DNA of 64,000 nucleotides, taken from the NCBI GenBank assembly GCA_052426225.1, contig JBNJNM010000021.1, forward strand, positions 2,046,001 through 2,110,000, in the 5' to 3' direction. Below the pieces are notes generated by a model that saw only the letters and a list, made by a program, of their open reading frames with translations, made no database searches and was not told the origin of the DNA. Positions within the stretch are counted from its first letter, which is position 1. Every line of letters starts with the position of its first letter. Below are positions 1-12,140 of the stretch, one piece after another. The translations under genes were made by a program, and so were the position numbers. The DNA is from Zancudomyces culisetae HAW-14-8. Its lineage: Eukaryota > Fungi > Kickxellomycota.

Positions 1-3000
1 ACCATCGTCATCAGCCGAATCAATCGCTGCGCCATCGCATTTGTACTTAGGTTTTTAGCCTGAATTGCCGTAATATATATGTTGATGTTTGCCAAAAGTG
101 CATTGATGTTGTTGCTATCGAGATTATGCAGCATTAGCTCTGTAATGTTCACAACTATTTGTACTACTGCTGCATTGACCTTGACTCCACCAATCAGTGC
201 AATCAGCTTGTTTACTACTGTTGTGTCTCCAATAAGCCAATATCTACTTTGCTTGTTGTTATCATCATCATCATTGTTAGTATTATTGCTTTCCAGGATT
301 GGAATATCAATGTTTTCTATAATACTCTTTATCAATTCCAATAAACTAGATTCGTTTTGAGTATTTTCCAATTCAAATCTTGACATTTTTGGCATAATCA
401 CTTTTTGTACAACACAATCTTTATATTGATCAGTTAATCTATTCTGCAATATCAATTCTGTAAATATCCGGTGTATCATTTTACTATTTTCTTTTTCTTT
501 CTCCTTTCCGTACATTTGCACATCTCTTTCAATAATTTCAACCATAAACTCCATAATCATCTCTATCGTACTATCGTCCATTTTATTCCCTAGTTTTTCC
601 ACCATTATATAAATATTCTTCAATTTACTCTCATCCTGTTTCTTGTTTCCTTCAACCATCAACTCTATCATCTTGCCTACATACACTCCCGCAAACTCTT
701 CCATTCTCAAGATAAATCCTACTATTGCACTACGCTTGATCTTGGTATCGCTTTTGTTGGTCCGATTACCTTCTCGAGATACCAATCGACCAAACAATAT
801 TCGACAAACAATCTCAACCACTATTTTTCCTCCATACTCTTTCTCGTCCTCCTCACTGTCTACTGCAATTTCTTTTGGCTGGTACTTTTGTAGCTCTTCT
901 TTCATTGTCTTGATATCCAAAATTCGCTTCATCGATTCAGTTTGTGAACTTCCCAAATCATAATATTCCGTCAAGTACTCAAAACTTTTTTCTTGAACTT
1001 CTTTATCTCCATTACTCAACTTGTCCATTGCCAGTCTTCTTATCTCGACTTTCTTTATCTTTGCCAATCTAAACATTTCTATATACATGGCTATCCGCCG
1101 ATTGTTTCGCTCAACTGGCAAAAACTCTTGCTCGATTTCGCCCATATGTCCCTTGACCATTGGAATATTCTCTCTTAGCAAATCTATTACACTATCGATA
1201 ATCACATTTTCTTGCTTATCTCTTTCTTCTTTTTGTGTCTCTCCCATACTTTCTCTCCAGTTACTAGCATTCTTGTATACTTGTTGGAATTTATTTTCAT
1301 ATCCATCATTATACTCGTGGCCCTCCAAGTATTTTTTAATTTTTTTAACTTTTAGTTGTATATTCTCCACTTGTTGTTCTTGTTCCTCTTTTTCTCCTTT
1401 TTCTTTTACTTCTTTTTGTTCAACAACAACTTGATCCATATCTACATTCATATTTACATCTTCATCCTCATCTTCATTCATATCCATATCTATATCTATA
1501 TCCATATCCAAACCTAATTGGATTTCTTGTTCTTTTTGTAGTGTACTCTCCTTAATTCCATCATAATATCCTTTCAATATATTATACATCTGCTTATACA
1601 CACTCTCTCGTACCTGAGCAAATCCACTCTGATCTGTTGCTAAAAGTATCTTTACGATTCCCGAAACTTCTTTACGAATATACATCAAATCACTATTAAT
1701 CATTACACAAATCGCACTTGCCACCACTTGTTTAACCATTTCATTGACCTTTTCTCCTCCATTTGCTTCCTTGTTCCGGGAATCTTTTGTTCCAACAACC
1801 AAACTTTTTGCTCTAACTGCCATTCTCGTCATCAAGTTTGTCTTTTCTTTTGATGTTTCCACCTTGTCTCGCATCTCCAACATTTCTTCTGTCTCTTCAA
1901 TCAACTTTTTCGCCTCTCCAAACTGCTCAAACTGTCCCTGTACCAATCCTCCATTTTGGTACTCTCCTTCCATCATTTCCTTAATTATCCAAACCAACAC
2001 TCTTGTCTTTTCTGATTCTCTTGTCACCAATAACTCTTCAAGCACTAGCTTTACTATTACCTTTTGTTGTTCCGCATCTCCAATGGTTATCGACTTTGAC
2101 TTTGACTTTGAATTCTTCTTTTCACTCAACAGTTCTTCTTTTTTTGCTTTTTTTTTACTCTTTTCAACTGTGTTGTGTTTTTTGGCTTGTTGGTTTATTC
2201 GTTGAATCATTTTTGCCATTCCACTCAAAAACTCTATACTAACTCTTTCTCTTTTATTTTTTCTTTCGTCATCCAACTCCTTCTCATCACTTTCCACCTT
2301 GCTTTCCCACATACCAACCATCTTTTCATACCATTCATATGGTACTTCCACTCCTGCCATTTCTCCACTATCTGCCACTGCACCTATTCCAACTCCCAAA
2401 ACCTCTGCGTCTTTTTCTTTTTCTTCTTTTTCCAACTCTCTTTCCACCATCTTGTACACCTCCTTTATCCTGTATTCTTTGATCGCTTTTATTGCTCCTT
2501 TCCTCAACTCCCTGTCTATCGTACTATCTTGTTTTCGAATAACTTTCTCTACTACCCCTCGAATATACTTTTCGCTATGAATCTTCACTTGTACTTTTGA
2601 CTCTCTCTCCAGCTCTCCAAGTCCTAGAATGCTTCTTTTCTGCGCTTGTGTCAGCTCTTCATCCTTGTCCTCTCCCGTCCATATCTTGTCCACCATTCTA
2701 CTTATTACCCGTGTATTTTCCTCCAGTTTCTCCTTATTCATCTTTCCAATAACACTCACTATCTCCATCAATCCTTCCTTTTGTCCCTCACTCACCACTA
2801 TATTTGCCACATATCTCTCGATCACTCTCGCCCACACCTCTCTATCTTCCTGTCGCTCACTCTTTATCAATATCGCAGTCATCATCTTTCGGTACTCGCG
2901 CTCTGTACTTGCTGTCAATACGTTTGCCTCCACTAACCGTTCTGCTAACCGATCAACATCTCGCAGTCTTTTAATTTCGTTTGGTCTTCTTATCATCATT

Positions 3001-4040
3001 ACTGCCACCGTCAATAGCTCCATTAACTCTTTTATGCCTGCTTCAACCCCTTCACTATCTGAGTCAACGCCCATTCCCTTTATAATCTCCTCTACTATCC
3101 CTCTAGCCTCTGCTTCATCATTTCTACCCACATAGTGAATAATCAACTTTAATGCAACCTCCATTACTTGCTTTACATCCTCTCGTTTTCCATTTTTTCC
3201 TTTTCCTTTTTCTTCTTCATCTTGCTCTTGTTTATCTTTTTCATTCAGTATTTCCACCATAATTCCCATTATTTCGTGTGCTCTGGAATACACTCTTCTA
3301 TTAATCCCTCTCATACACTCAAACAATATCAATCCTATAGCTTCCTTGTATTCTTCACTTTGTCCCGCTCCCTTTATCGATTCAACAATGTATTTGAATA
3401 TCTCTTTTACTCTACTCCTTTCCTGCTTTCGGATCAGAAACGATATACTTTCCGCTCCAAACCGTCTAATATGCTCTCGTTGTTTTGACTGGTACCAAAA
3501 CATCTCCTTCATCAAATCAAACGTACTCTCCAGTCGATCCTTAACATGCTCTCCCATATACTTGAACATACTCACTATTGTCTTGTATGTCTCCTCTACC
3601 ACCTCCACGCGCCTATCTTTTACATGCCCAACAAGTTGTCCTAGAACTTCCTCGTAATACTGGTAAAAATCTTCTTGTAAATCCTGCATTATACTCACCA
3701 CCAACTCAAACACTGGTACCAGACCATTCCCTCCCTTCTTGCCCAGCGCCCCAACTAGTATCCCCATAATTTCCCGCTGGTGATACACCAGTTGTGCCAG
3801 CGTAGTTCCGTATTTTCTCAGTTCATAGCGGAGGTCTTTATAATCCCTTGTAATATCCGAATCCTGCCATTTGACCAGTGTGTCTCCGTAATACGAGCCT
3901 GTTTCAACGCTTCCCTTCTTGCTGTCTATTCTTCTTGCTACGCCAAATTTCAGGCCCTCCACCCGCTGTGTAAACGTTTGGTATCGGAATCTATTTTTTC
4001 CCTCTCCAAGATTTAACTGTGATACTCTTTCGCTCTCCAT
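1..4040 (-). CDS. UTP20: U3 snoRNA-associated protein 20 (SSU processome HEAT-repeat protein), N-terminal part; runs off the left edge
   Basis: Not in the ORF track, consistent with no stop inside the window. Manual translation from ATG at 4040 gives MESERVSQLNLGEGKNRFRYQTFTQRVEGLKFGVARRID...YYGDTLVKWQDSDITRDYKDLRYELRKYGTTLAQLVYHQREIMGIL, matching the Utp20 N-terminal pattern (RY..F..R...LK; W...N/D.T..F/Y; TL.Q..YH...I). The many Ser/Phe/Leu-rich + strand ORFs here are its antisense shadows. Confidence 0.85.
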   Translation of the reverse strand, partial: MESERVSQLNLGEGKNRFRYQTFTQRVEGLKFGVARRIDSKKGSVETGSYYGDTLVKWQDSDITRDYKDLRYELRKYGTTLAQLVYHQREIMGILVGALGKKGGNGLVPVFELVVSIMQDLQEDFYQYYEEVLGQLVGHVKDRRVEVVEETYKTIVSMFKYMGEHVKDRLESTFDLMKEMFWYQSKQREHIRRFGAESISFLIRKQERSRVKEIFKYIVESIKGAGQSEEYKEAIGLILFECMRGINRRVYSRAHEIMGIMVEILNEKDKQEQDEEEKGKGKNGKREDVKQVMEVALKLIIHYVGRNDEAEARGIVEEIIKGMGVDSDSEGVEAGIKELMELLTVAVMMIRRPNEIKRLRDVDRLAERLVEANVLTASTEREYRKMMTAILIKSERQEDREVWARVIERYVANIVVSEGQKEGLMEIVSVIGKMNKEKLEENTRVISRMVDKIWTGEDKDEELTQAQKRSILGLGELERESKVQVKIHSEKYIRGVVEKVIRKQDSTIDRELRKGAIKAIKEYRIKEVYKMVERELEKEEKEKDAEVLGVGIGAVADSGEMAGVEVPYEWYEKMVGMWESKVESDEKELDDERKNKRERVSIEFLSGMAKMIQRINQQAKKHNTVEKSKKKAKKEELLSEKKNSKSKSKSITIGDAEQQKVIVKLVLEELLVTRESEKTRVLVWIIKEMMEGEYQNGGLVQGQFEQFGEAKKLIEETEEMLEMRDKVETSKEKTNLMTRMAVRAKSLVVGTKDSRNKEANGGEKVNEMVKQVVASAICVMINSDLMYIRKEVSGIVKILLATDQSGFAQVRESVYKQMYNILKGYYDGIKESTLQKEQEIQLGLDMDIDIDMDMNEDEDEDVNMNVDMDQVVVEQKEVKEKGEKEEQEQQVENIQLKVKKIKKYLEGHEYNDGYENKFQQVYKNASNWRESMGETQKEERDKQENVIIDSVIDLLRENIPMVKGHMGEIEQEFLPVERNNRRIAMYIEMFRLAKIKKVEIRRLAMDKLSNGDKEVQEKSFEYLTEYYDLGSSQTESMKRILDIKTMKEELQKYQPKEIAVDSEEDEKEYGGKIVVEIVCRILFGRLVSREGNRTNKSDTKIKRSAIVGFILRMEEFAGVYVGKMIELMVEGNKKQDESKLKNIYIMVEKLGNKMDDSTIEMIMEFMVEIIERDVQMYGKEKEKENSKMIHRIFTELILQNRLTDQYKDCVVQKVIMPKMSRFELENTQNESSLLELIKSIIENIDIPILESNNTNNDDDDNNKQSRYWLIGDTTVVNKLIALIGGVKVNAAVVQIVVNITELMLHNLDSNNINALLANINIYITAIQAKNLSTNAMAQRLIRLMTM

Positions 4041-4345
4041 TTTCCGTGATTTCGCCTTTAATTTACACTTCTATTTTACGATTCTAGATTTATATATTAA
4101 ATTGAAATTCTCCAAATATCCCTCCCTCTTTTTCGCTTTTTTACTGACACTTTTAATCTGCAAAAATTGGATCAAATATTTTTTTCGTATCCAATTTTTG
4201 GTTTCTCTTTTCTTGGAACGAGTATGGGAAACATGGTTGAACGTGGTTGAATGGTGGGAAATTATGATGTGGGGAGATTGGGGGGGGGGGGGAGAAGGGA
4301 TGGTAGACCAAACACTTTTCAGTACCCAAAAATATCGTGACCCGA

Positions 4346-4418
4346 GAAAAAAAAAATTTTTTTTCTTTTCCCTCTTGTCTACACCATCTTTAATTTGGCA
4401 CATTAAAAAATTTTTTTT
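4346..4418 (-). promoter_or_regulatory. Two RRPE-like A-tract/T-tract motifs upstream of UTP20
   Basis: AAAAAATTTT motifs at ~4346-4365 and ~4405-4418, about 300-380 bp upstream of a ribosome-biogenesis gene. RRPE (AAAWTTTT) is typical of fungal Ribi promoters, but the motif is low complexity. Confidence 0.3.
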
Positions 4419-4960
4419 ATTATTTGCTATTCCAAATGGCCGAGATGCTTGGACAAAAAAGTCACAATTTACCTGTGTAAATAACCACGTTCTCCTATAC
4501 TTGATGCGGATAAAATGGCAGAAACTCCATCTCTTCCTCCCTCTTCCTCTTCCCCTTCCCCACCCCAGTCTTAACTTGGAATTACTGTACTAACTTTAGC
4601 CCAATACAATTGGTATGTATGAAACTACAATCGTCCTACCAGATTATCACTTCTAACAATATCACCTTCAATTCCAAATACATACCCCGCTCCATCAACA
4701 CATTCATTTTTAGTTTTATTTGCAAATAGTCAAAAATAAACACAAGCATACCAACCATTTCTACAATCTTAAAATTACTTCAGTATACTGTTTATTTGAT
4801 ATCTATTTACTATGTAATCACTCAACTACAAAGAGGACACTCTCTCCTCTCCTCTCCTCTCATCTCCACTACTGCCTCCATTTTAAAATAATAACATTAA
4901 TGCTATCTCTCCAAAAACCCATCAAAAAAAAACATTATTTCCTTGTAGAAATAAAAAAAG

Positions 4961-6134
4961 TTAAAATACAGTCATCATCACAAAACAGGTATAAAAAATC
5001 GACACGGGATACGCAACCAAAATTTGTTGGTTCGACATCTTCAACACTGACACAAACAGCTTGGATGCCGAATACGTTGACCAAAGAATCGTCGCTGGTA
5101 CCGCACCCAAATACATAATCAATTGCGCCATTTGTGGGGTCAGCACCACCGACGCAAACTTGGCCAGCAATTGTGACCCGCTAAGCATTACTATTGGAAG
5201 CAAGCAGTATCCCAAAATACTTGCAGTTCTCGCAAAGTCTATTCCATCCACCGACATGAGATTTAGGAGCATGTATATTCCTATGAGCCCAAGAATAGCG
5301 ATACCATAAATGTATCCAAACTGCACCTTCCCTGCCTATTTTCCCATAGTTTCTATTACCATTAGTACTCCCTCTCATATAAACATAGTATAATATAATA
5401 CTGAAAAAATGAGTTTAAAAACAACTTTAAAAAACAACACTTGCCAGCAACATAAAAGTACCCAGTAATACTATAAACAGTATAGGTCCCGCAATATCCG
5501 AATCGGCGTATATCTCGGTATTCGAAATCCTTTTAAATGGATTGAGAACTGCCATTGTCTGTAGTAATTTTTTTAAATATAAGTTAGATCATATTTACCA
5601 TCAAGTACCGATGTAGTCTTACCTTGGTTTTGATGTGTTCAAAATTTACTCCCAGTTCTACAAATACAGTTTTGGCTCTTTAATTCGTATTTCTTGTAAA
5701 TTTTACTTTGCTGGAGAGGAGAAGAGGTAGTTTGAGTTGATAAGCGTACAAAAAACAAAAAATATACAAAGTTTACCTTGTAAAAGTGGTGGTTCACCAG
5801 GAAACCCGCCAGACCCAAATGCCGCAAGCCAGCTAATTTCCACAACAGGCTGGCCGTAGTTATATCCATACTGATTGCTGCTTCCTCCTTCGCCCGAGTA
5901 AGAAAAATCATTTAGCTGGTTGTAATCTGGATTGGCATCTAGATTTGCAGAGTATCCAGAGGATTGGTAGAAATCCAGATTCGTATCGAACTGCTGATGT
6001 TGCTGGTACTGGGTGTTATCCCCATACAAATTTGTGGGTTGTTGTTGTTGTTGTTGTTGCGAGGGATTGTTTCCCGATGCTTGTTGATACTGTGATTGGT
6101 CAAACAGCACCGAATGCCCACCTTGCGTATTCAT
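4961..6134 (-). CDS. YIP1: Yip1/YIPF5-family Golgi/ER membrane protein, 4 exons (6134-5777, 5657-5623, 5558-5445, 5335-4961)
   Basis: Spliced translation gives [38 protein letters not shown]...DSDIAGPILF...MLLAGKVQFGYIYG...ASILGYCLLP...WSTYSASKLFV...QQILVAYPV, the hallmark Yip1 motifs. The N-terminus is Gln-rich. Confidence 0.92.
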
Positions 6135-7005
6135 CTTTTGATTGTAGAATTCGGAGTTTACACGAAAATAATGTTTGTATTTAAAGTCTGTATTATTTTT
6201 ATCAACTACTGTTGTTTTCTGTAATTTTTTTAATTTAACCTCCAGCATTCACAATTAAAAATGGGTAAATGAAATTCCAACAAGTCGCACTTCAAGCCAA
6301 TTAAAAGTCTAAACCCGATTATTGCTCAATTCACTTGCTAGTTGGCCCAGTAGACTTCGAGTTTTTGAGGCCTTTTATTTTTTAGAGGGCGCAAAAAACC
6401 TTGTATTATTAACCAGAAAAATGCAGTTAGTCTCAGTAAATACATTTAACTGGCAAAAAAATATATATACCCACGTATATTGGGAAAAATGGTTGATACC
6501 CAGTTAGTTGCGTTTTATACACGCTGTAAGCTTTATATAAGAAAGATTAGGAGCTGAATTATTAAGTAGTCTTCTAGCAAATAATAGTGATACTTGCTTG
6601 TACTGGACACATTCTACCCGCATTTCGGTAGCACAATGTTGTTGTATCAAAAAGTTTATCAGCCTCAAAAAAAAAAGACATTTTGAAAACTGTCATACAT
6701 GATTTACTCAGATAGGTGTCTCAACCCAACTGCTTTGTAAAGTTGTGTACTCTGTATATCTACGTATGTTAACAGCTTGTTCAAAAAGCCTACGCTTCTC
6801 GTATATTTCTAGTTTATTTACTTGCGAATCTGAGATTTTCTTGAATCATACATTTTTTTAAATATGTACTACCCAAAAATTCTATACATCTCTTCGTTTC
6901 ATACGATAATCATCCTCTTCCTCCACTCCCACCCCTCCCTAAAAAAATTACTCTGCACACCTAAATAAATAAACATTTTGAAATAAGTGACGTTCAGAGC
7001 GACTT

Positions 7006-8178
7006 TTAGACATCCCAAGGCAAATTCCCTTCAAAAACATTGACTCCATCTTCTGGGCAATACTCTATCAACTCTCTTAACTCCTTACACGATGTATGAT
7101 ACCCATGTTGCCTGTTGAATGGATTTCGTTCCCTCCTTTTGGCATCCAGCTCGCCACGGCACCCATACAAGTCCTGTTCAAACCTTTCGTATCCATTTTT
7201 CTTTTCGTCTTTTATTGCTTCCTGTACATTGTCTGTTGGGTCAATCCCCACATAGTTAAATCTTATTCTGGGATATTTTATCGCTTTTCGGTGCAGATTT
7301 TCAAACCGGTATCGTTTAAACTCAAACCCAACGACTGATATTCTATCTGGGTAATTTCCTGTTACTTCTTTAAACCTACATATGGAATACATCAGGTTTT
7401 CATACGAATCTCTACTATAATCCTCAGTCAACACCCTTCCGTATAGCTCTGGCGTTATCCATCCTAATCTTTCAGCCGCGTTCTATTGTATAGTTTAGCA
7501 CAATTACTTATTTATGTCACCTATGGACACAGTTTGGCCAATTACTTCTGATAAATAACTCGAATATACCTACCCAATACCCCTGGGCCTCTGAGAGTAC
7601 GGTTTTTGCTCTTCTTGTAACACCACTATTTTTACAGAAATTTTATTTATTGTTAAAGACTACATACATATGGACGTTATTTCGTCAAATTCGTTAAATA
7701 TAATATAAACTTACCCACTAAATAGCAACAAGCTGCTGTCATGCTCCTTTAAAATCTCTATCGATCTGGCGATATGTTTCAAATACACACCAACATCGTT
7801 TTTTTGCCATTCTTTTAGAATCCAGTTGTTTTTCTTTAGGGGCGACCCTTTCCCATTGTAAATAGAATGCCCAGGCACCACTATCAGATCTGTGTACTCT
7901 GAGTAATCGATAGTTCTTATATTTGAATCCAATTGTGATCCACTCTCCCCAGCATTCTGTTCTTTTTCGTACATCTTTTCTAGCAATTCAGGCAGTTTTA
8001 ATGGCCTAGGTCTAGTTATATAGTACACGTTCATTACCAAAGAAAGTAGCAGCAATATAGGCACCAGCATTCTGAAGTTTCTCTGTGAAATCCGGCGTCT
8101 CACACCTGTTTTTGAAAGCCAAGGATCGTTGACGCTGCCCGGTGGCAGCTTTATTTGCACAAATGAATTTCTCGACAT
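7006..8178 (-). CDS. DUF218 / YOR238W-like membrane-anchored protein, 3 exons (8178-7715, 7625-7574, 7482-7006)
   Basis: N-terminal TM helix, then LIVVPGHSIY, LLLFSGGVT...SEAQGYW, TEDYSRDSYENLMYSICRFKEVTGNYP, FEFKRYRF, RNPF. Both introns are GT-AG and keep the frame. Confidence 0.8.
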
Positions 8179-9727
8179 GATTCAATCGTCCTTCTCGTTG
8201 ATTGCCGGAAAATGTAGATAAGTATATATAAAGTATCTAGCCAATGGCAAACCTCTACAAAGCTCCTAACTGAAATTTGAACAAAGATTTAAAGCTTTGA
8301 TTTACAATCACTACCAATTAAGCAATAGAGAGTTTTTGGGAACGTAGTTCAGCTTGATGGTTCTAGCTTTCAGTTAACAGATAATAATTTTTCCCTTCAC
8401 GTTCTTAGCAAACTACTTGCTGAAAATAGGGCATTTTATGTAAGCCAACATTCAAATGGCGTGTAAAAAAGTCTGTGTCAAATTCAAACAAACACAAGAG
8501 AAAAGCGGGATATTGCTGCTGTCCACTTGTATTTTTGACTGTTATTATTTCCATTGTCTATTGGATTTGCGTTGAGTATTTGGTTGGATGCACACTTTTT
8601 CCCACAAAATACGAATATTAGCCGATACGTGCCTCCCCTGAACCCAACCCCCCCGTGGGTAATCCTATATTGTCTGTACATTTTATTGCCCACTTTCCCG
8701 TTGACACAATAGACGATAATATGTATTTTCGCACGATTGCAGGCTGCCTTATATTTTATCAGTTGCAAACGCTAATACTACAAATAGTAAGCTGGCCCGG
8801 TTTTGTATCTTATTGAATTTGTCATCACGCCAAGTTGTTTGAAACAACAGTATACTAGCTGATCTACAATAAATAGTTTTATTTTGGTTCGAGAAATGCA
8901 AATTTTTGAGGGCCAAGCCCATCAAACCCATCATACCCATAGCCAAACACCCTTCTATAACTGTGCTAAAACGATATACACATGGTTAATATTCCTCTTG
9001 TTGGCATGTTTTAGTGTAATAGTTTCATTGTGATGTTGTTTATAGAGATTAGTTTCTTTTACTTAGAGCACATGTACTAATACAACCAAAAGCGGTGCGT
9101 GCCAAAAAAAACGTGCAACATTTCCGGTATACACAAATCAATCACATGAATACTGGGACCCTGGTTTATAACTGAGGCGCGCCCTATAAAGAATATATAC
9201 TAACAATTAATATCCTCCAAGTATAACTAGGTACCTCATCTTGTGTTCTGAGTAATCCACTCGTTAAAGCCATTCTATTTATTTTTTTCCACTAATCGCT
9301 GAAAACAAACAGTAAAAACACGCGAAAAGCACATTAATCAGCAGTAAATACAACCAAAGCCCTCGATTGTCAAACACATGATTTCTTACTTCAGTTTCAA
9401 GTTTACAAACACGAGCTTTGGCCATAGTCTGCCAATATCTACAATTTCATCCATGATTGGAATAAAAAATCGGCCCATTTGAAAAATTACTTGCGGTTTA
9501 AAACTGATTAGCATCATTTATGCCCAAATTAACAATCGATTTTCCAAATTTGAACTCTGGCTCTATTGGTTCGGTAGACTTGGAAACAGATAGCATCAGA
9601 AAAGGAAGGTTTTCTTGACATGAAAAAAATGTACAAAAGGCACATCTGTGCCCATTCAGTTTATTATATTTAGTGTTCTTAATATATACAAATACTAAAT
9701 AAAAAAACTCGGTAGAAACAGCTAAAA

Positions 9728-10210
9728 ATGCAAAAGGTAATAAAGGACAATGTTCCGCTAATAGTTACCATCACAGTTGTGGCAGTCAGTACTCTGCTGT
9801 TTAGCTGGATTTCATACACGAGAGAAACTGCAAAAAAAAACACAAAGCCAAAAGAAGAGAAGGTGGAAATGAAAAACTATACAAAGAGAGAATTAAGCAA
9901 GTTTACTGGAGAGTCTCCACGAACACCTATTCTAATTGCGGTTAAGCGAAAGGTCTACGATGTCAGTGTAAACGGGGGTGAAAGGAGCTACGGTCCTGGA
10001 GGACCATATTCGCTTTTTGCAGGTAGAGATGCAAGCAGGCTATTTTCAAACTTTGCTTTTGACGAAGGAATGACGGAAGAGGAACTTGATACACCAATTG
10101 ATCCCCTTGATGATTTAGACGAGTCTCAAAAGGAATCCTTGGAATCTTACATAGATTTGTTTGAAGCCAAATACAAACATGTTGGGTATTTGGTGGAAAA
10201 ACACGAGTGA
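9728..10210 (+). CDS. Membrane-associated progesterone receptor family cytochrome b5-like heme/steroid-binding protein (Dap1/PGRMC-like)
   Basis: N-terminal TM, then YTKRELSKFTG, ILIAVKRKVYDVS, YGPGGPYSLFAGRDASR, FEAKYKHVGYL, all MAPR family motifs. Confidence 0.9.
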   Translation: MQKVIKDNVPLIVTITVVAVSTLLFSWISYTRETAKKNTKPKEEKVEMKNYTKRELSKFTGESPRTPILIAVKRKVYDVSVNGGERSYGPGGPYSLFAGRDASRLFSNFAFDEGMTEEELDTPIDPLDDLDESQKESLESYIDLFEAKYKHVGYLVEKHE

Positions 10211-10502
10211 TTAATTAATAAAAGAGTTTTCTAATTATATGTTTTTATTATCAAAAAGCCGAAACTTGAATTTAAATTTTGATACAATTTCAATAAAGCT
10301 ATAAGATAAACACACAAAATGGTGTATAGAGATAAATCAAAGAAAATGTAGATAAAACACAAATATCTATAAATGATCTGTGGTCAAAACATGATTGAAG
10401 TGGAACCACTGGTAATAAGAGGTGGTGTGAAAGTTTAAAAGACAGAGCTTTTACAAAAGCATATTTGTGAGAAAACGAGTCAAGATGAACAAAAACAAGG
10501 CG

Positions 10503-10540
10503 TTAGGTTGGATCAGGGTTGGATTAGGGTTGGATTAGGG
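10503..10540 (+). repeat. Short 11-bp tandem repeat (TTAGGGTTGGA) x~3.5
   Basis: ttaggttgga tcagggttgga ttagggttgga ttaggg read directly. Confidence 0.7.
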
Positions 10541-12140
10541 TCGAATTAAGCTATATAATAGTGGCCATACTTTAAATTTCGAGGTCGATTAATATACAGT
10601 ATAAAGAAATACAAATATTTGTCTTGTGAGTTGTGTTTCTGAGGAGTGTTGTTATCAAAATTATAAAAAATGAGACCAAAAAAATGAGTTAATAGTCACA
10701 TATGTCTTGGATCATACTTGATACATCTTTTAGGACTCGTAAAAAATTATGTATACAAGTGCGCGTTGGATTGTTACCCTCCAAATGAGTTGGCTGTATA
10801 TTCCAGAGGAAAAGAATCCTGGGAAAATTGACACAAGCAGACCAATAGGTAAAAATGTTATTCTCATCTTTACATGTATACTTGGTTAGATAAAAACGTG
10901 TGGGATAGTAGCGATAACAGCCATAGCAATAGTAGCAATGAAATATGGTGCAGTTTAGTATGGTGTAATGTAGTGCGGTGTAATTCATAGGAATACCCAA
11001 AGGAATGTAATTTTTCCTAGTTCATCTGGAATGATTTGGCAAGTTCGAGGTGCGTTAATATTTATTTCAAGTATAGTATAATCAGTAGATGAAGCAAAGA
11101 AAATGAATGTTAAAAAAAATGTAAATAATACAAGGGAGAACAAAAATACGGAAATGCAAAGACACCAAGGTAATACAGCAGAATGGAGAAAAGAAAATAA
11201 CACAACAAAAAACAGTGCCAAAAATGAAAATTAAAGACTATGGAAAACAGATGGGTAATTCATACACTGTTGACCTGAATGTTCTTTAACATAGTAGAAT
11301 GTTCCTTTGGTTCTTGTATGAAACTGACTTTGGAATTCAAGTCATACAAGCACTTTATTTGTACACCAAAAAAGTAAAACAGAATGAGTTTGGAATTTTT
11401 CAAGGATTGGTTTATTGGACATTTGCAGTTTGAGTTTGGATCCACGTATAATAATTGGATTTGGCTAACGGATGATGTGAATTTTACTAGAATCTTTATT
11501 GATTGAAGCTGTTATTCTATTCAATTTATTTAATACTGAAAATTTTAAATGGGGGGAATTTGGATAAATAAACGAATTGGGCTCGAATAAATAAACAATT
11601 AAGCCGAGTTTAAATAAACGGAATAAATTGGGGCCGAATTGAAGCTGGAGTAAAAAAAAAAACCAATTTAAACCATCTCATATCTCCAGACTTGCTAATA
11701 AAAAAACCTTTACACTTATTTGGCCATTTTTGGATAGCTTTGTTGTACTCAAGTATACAATAGAAGGTAACACACTATATTATTTAGTTATTAACAAAAG
11801 GACGACGAAGTATCAGCTATAAACACCAATAAAAAGCAACAAAGAACATGGTCTACGGCGTCATCAAGCAAAAGCGCGTATACGATGTTTGAAAAGTAAT
11901 TTGTGGGGTGCAAGCATGATTTAACCAATCTTAGCAGGTCGATTTACACTCAACCATGCCAAAACAGTATTTATTTTTGTGTTGGGCTAGGGGGTTGAAA
12001 AGAATGGCCAATGCCAAACAATACCAAAAAGAGCAGCGTATATTTATGGTTGTTTGTAGATAGCTGTATGATCCAAGCCAATTTCAAACACTCTCATATA
12101 GTATTTAACACAAGGATACTCTATCTATAATAATAGGAAA

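Noticed and set aside
79-3769. Numerous Ser/Phe/Leu-rich + strand ORFs
   Set aside because: Antisense shadows of the purine-rich UTP20 coding strand.
4280-4292. Poly-G run upstream of UTP20
   Set aside because: Simple homopolymer with no supporting structure.
8484-8946. Two minus-strand ORFs (94 and 65 aa)
   Set aside because: No recognisable motifs and non-ATG starts; I could not build a gene model.
11560-11645. Imperfect ~23-bp repeats (AAATAAAC...AATT.GGC.CGA)
   Set aside because: Too degenerate and short; not CRISPR-like (no unique spacers, no cas genes, eukaryotic context).
11890-11915. AATTTGTGG resembling an snRNA Sm site
   Set aside because: No U1 5' end (ATACTTACC) or other snRNA hallmark found nearby.
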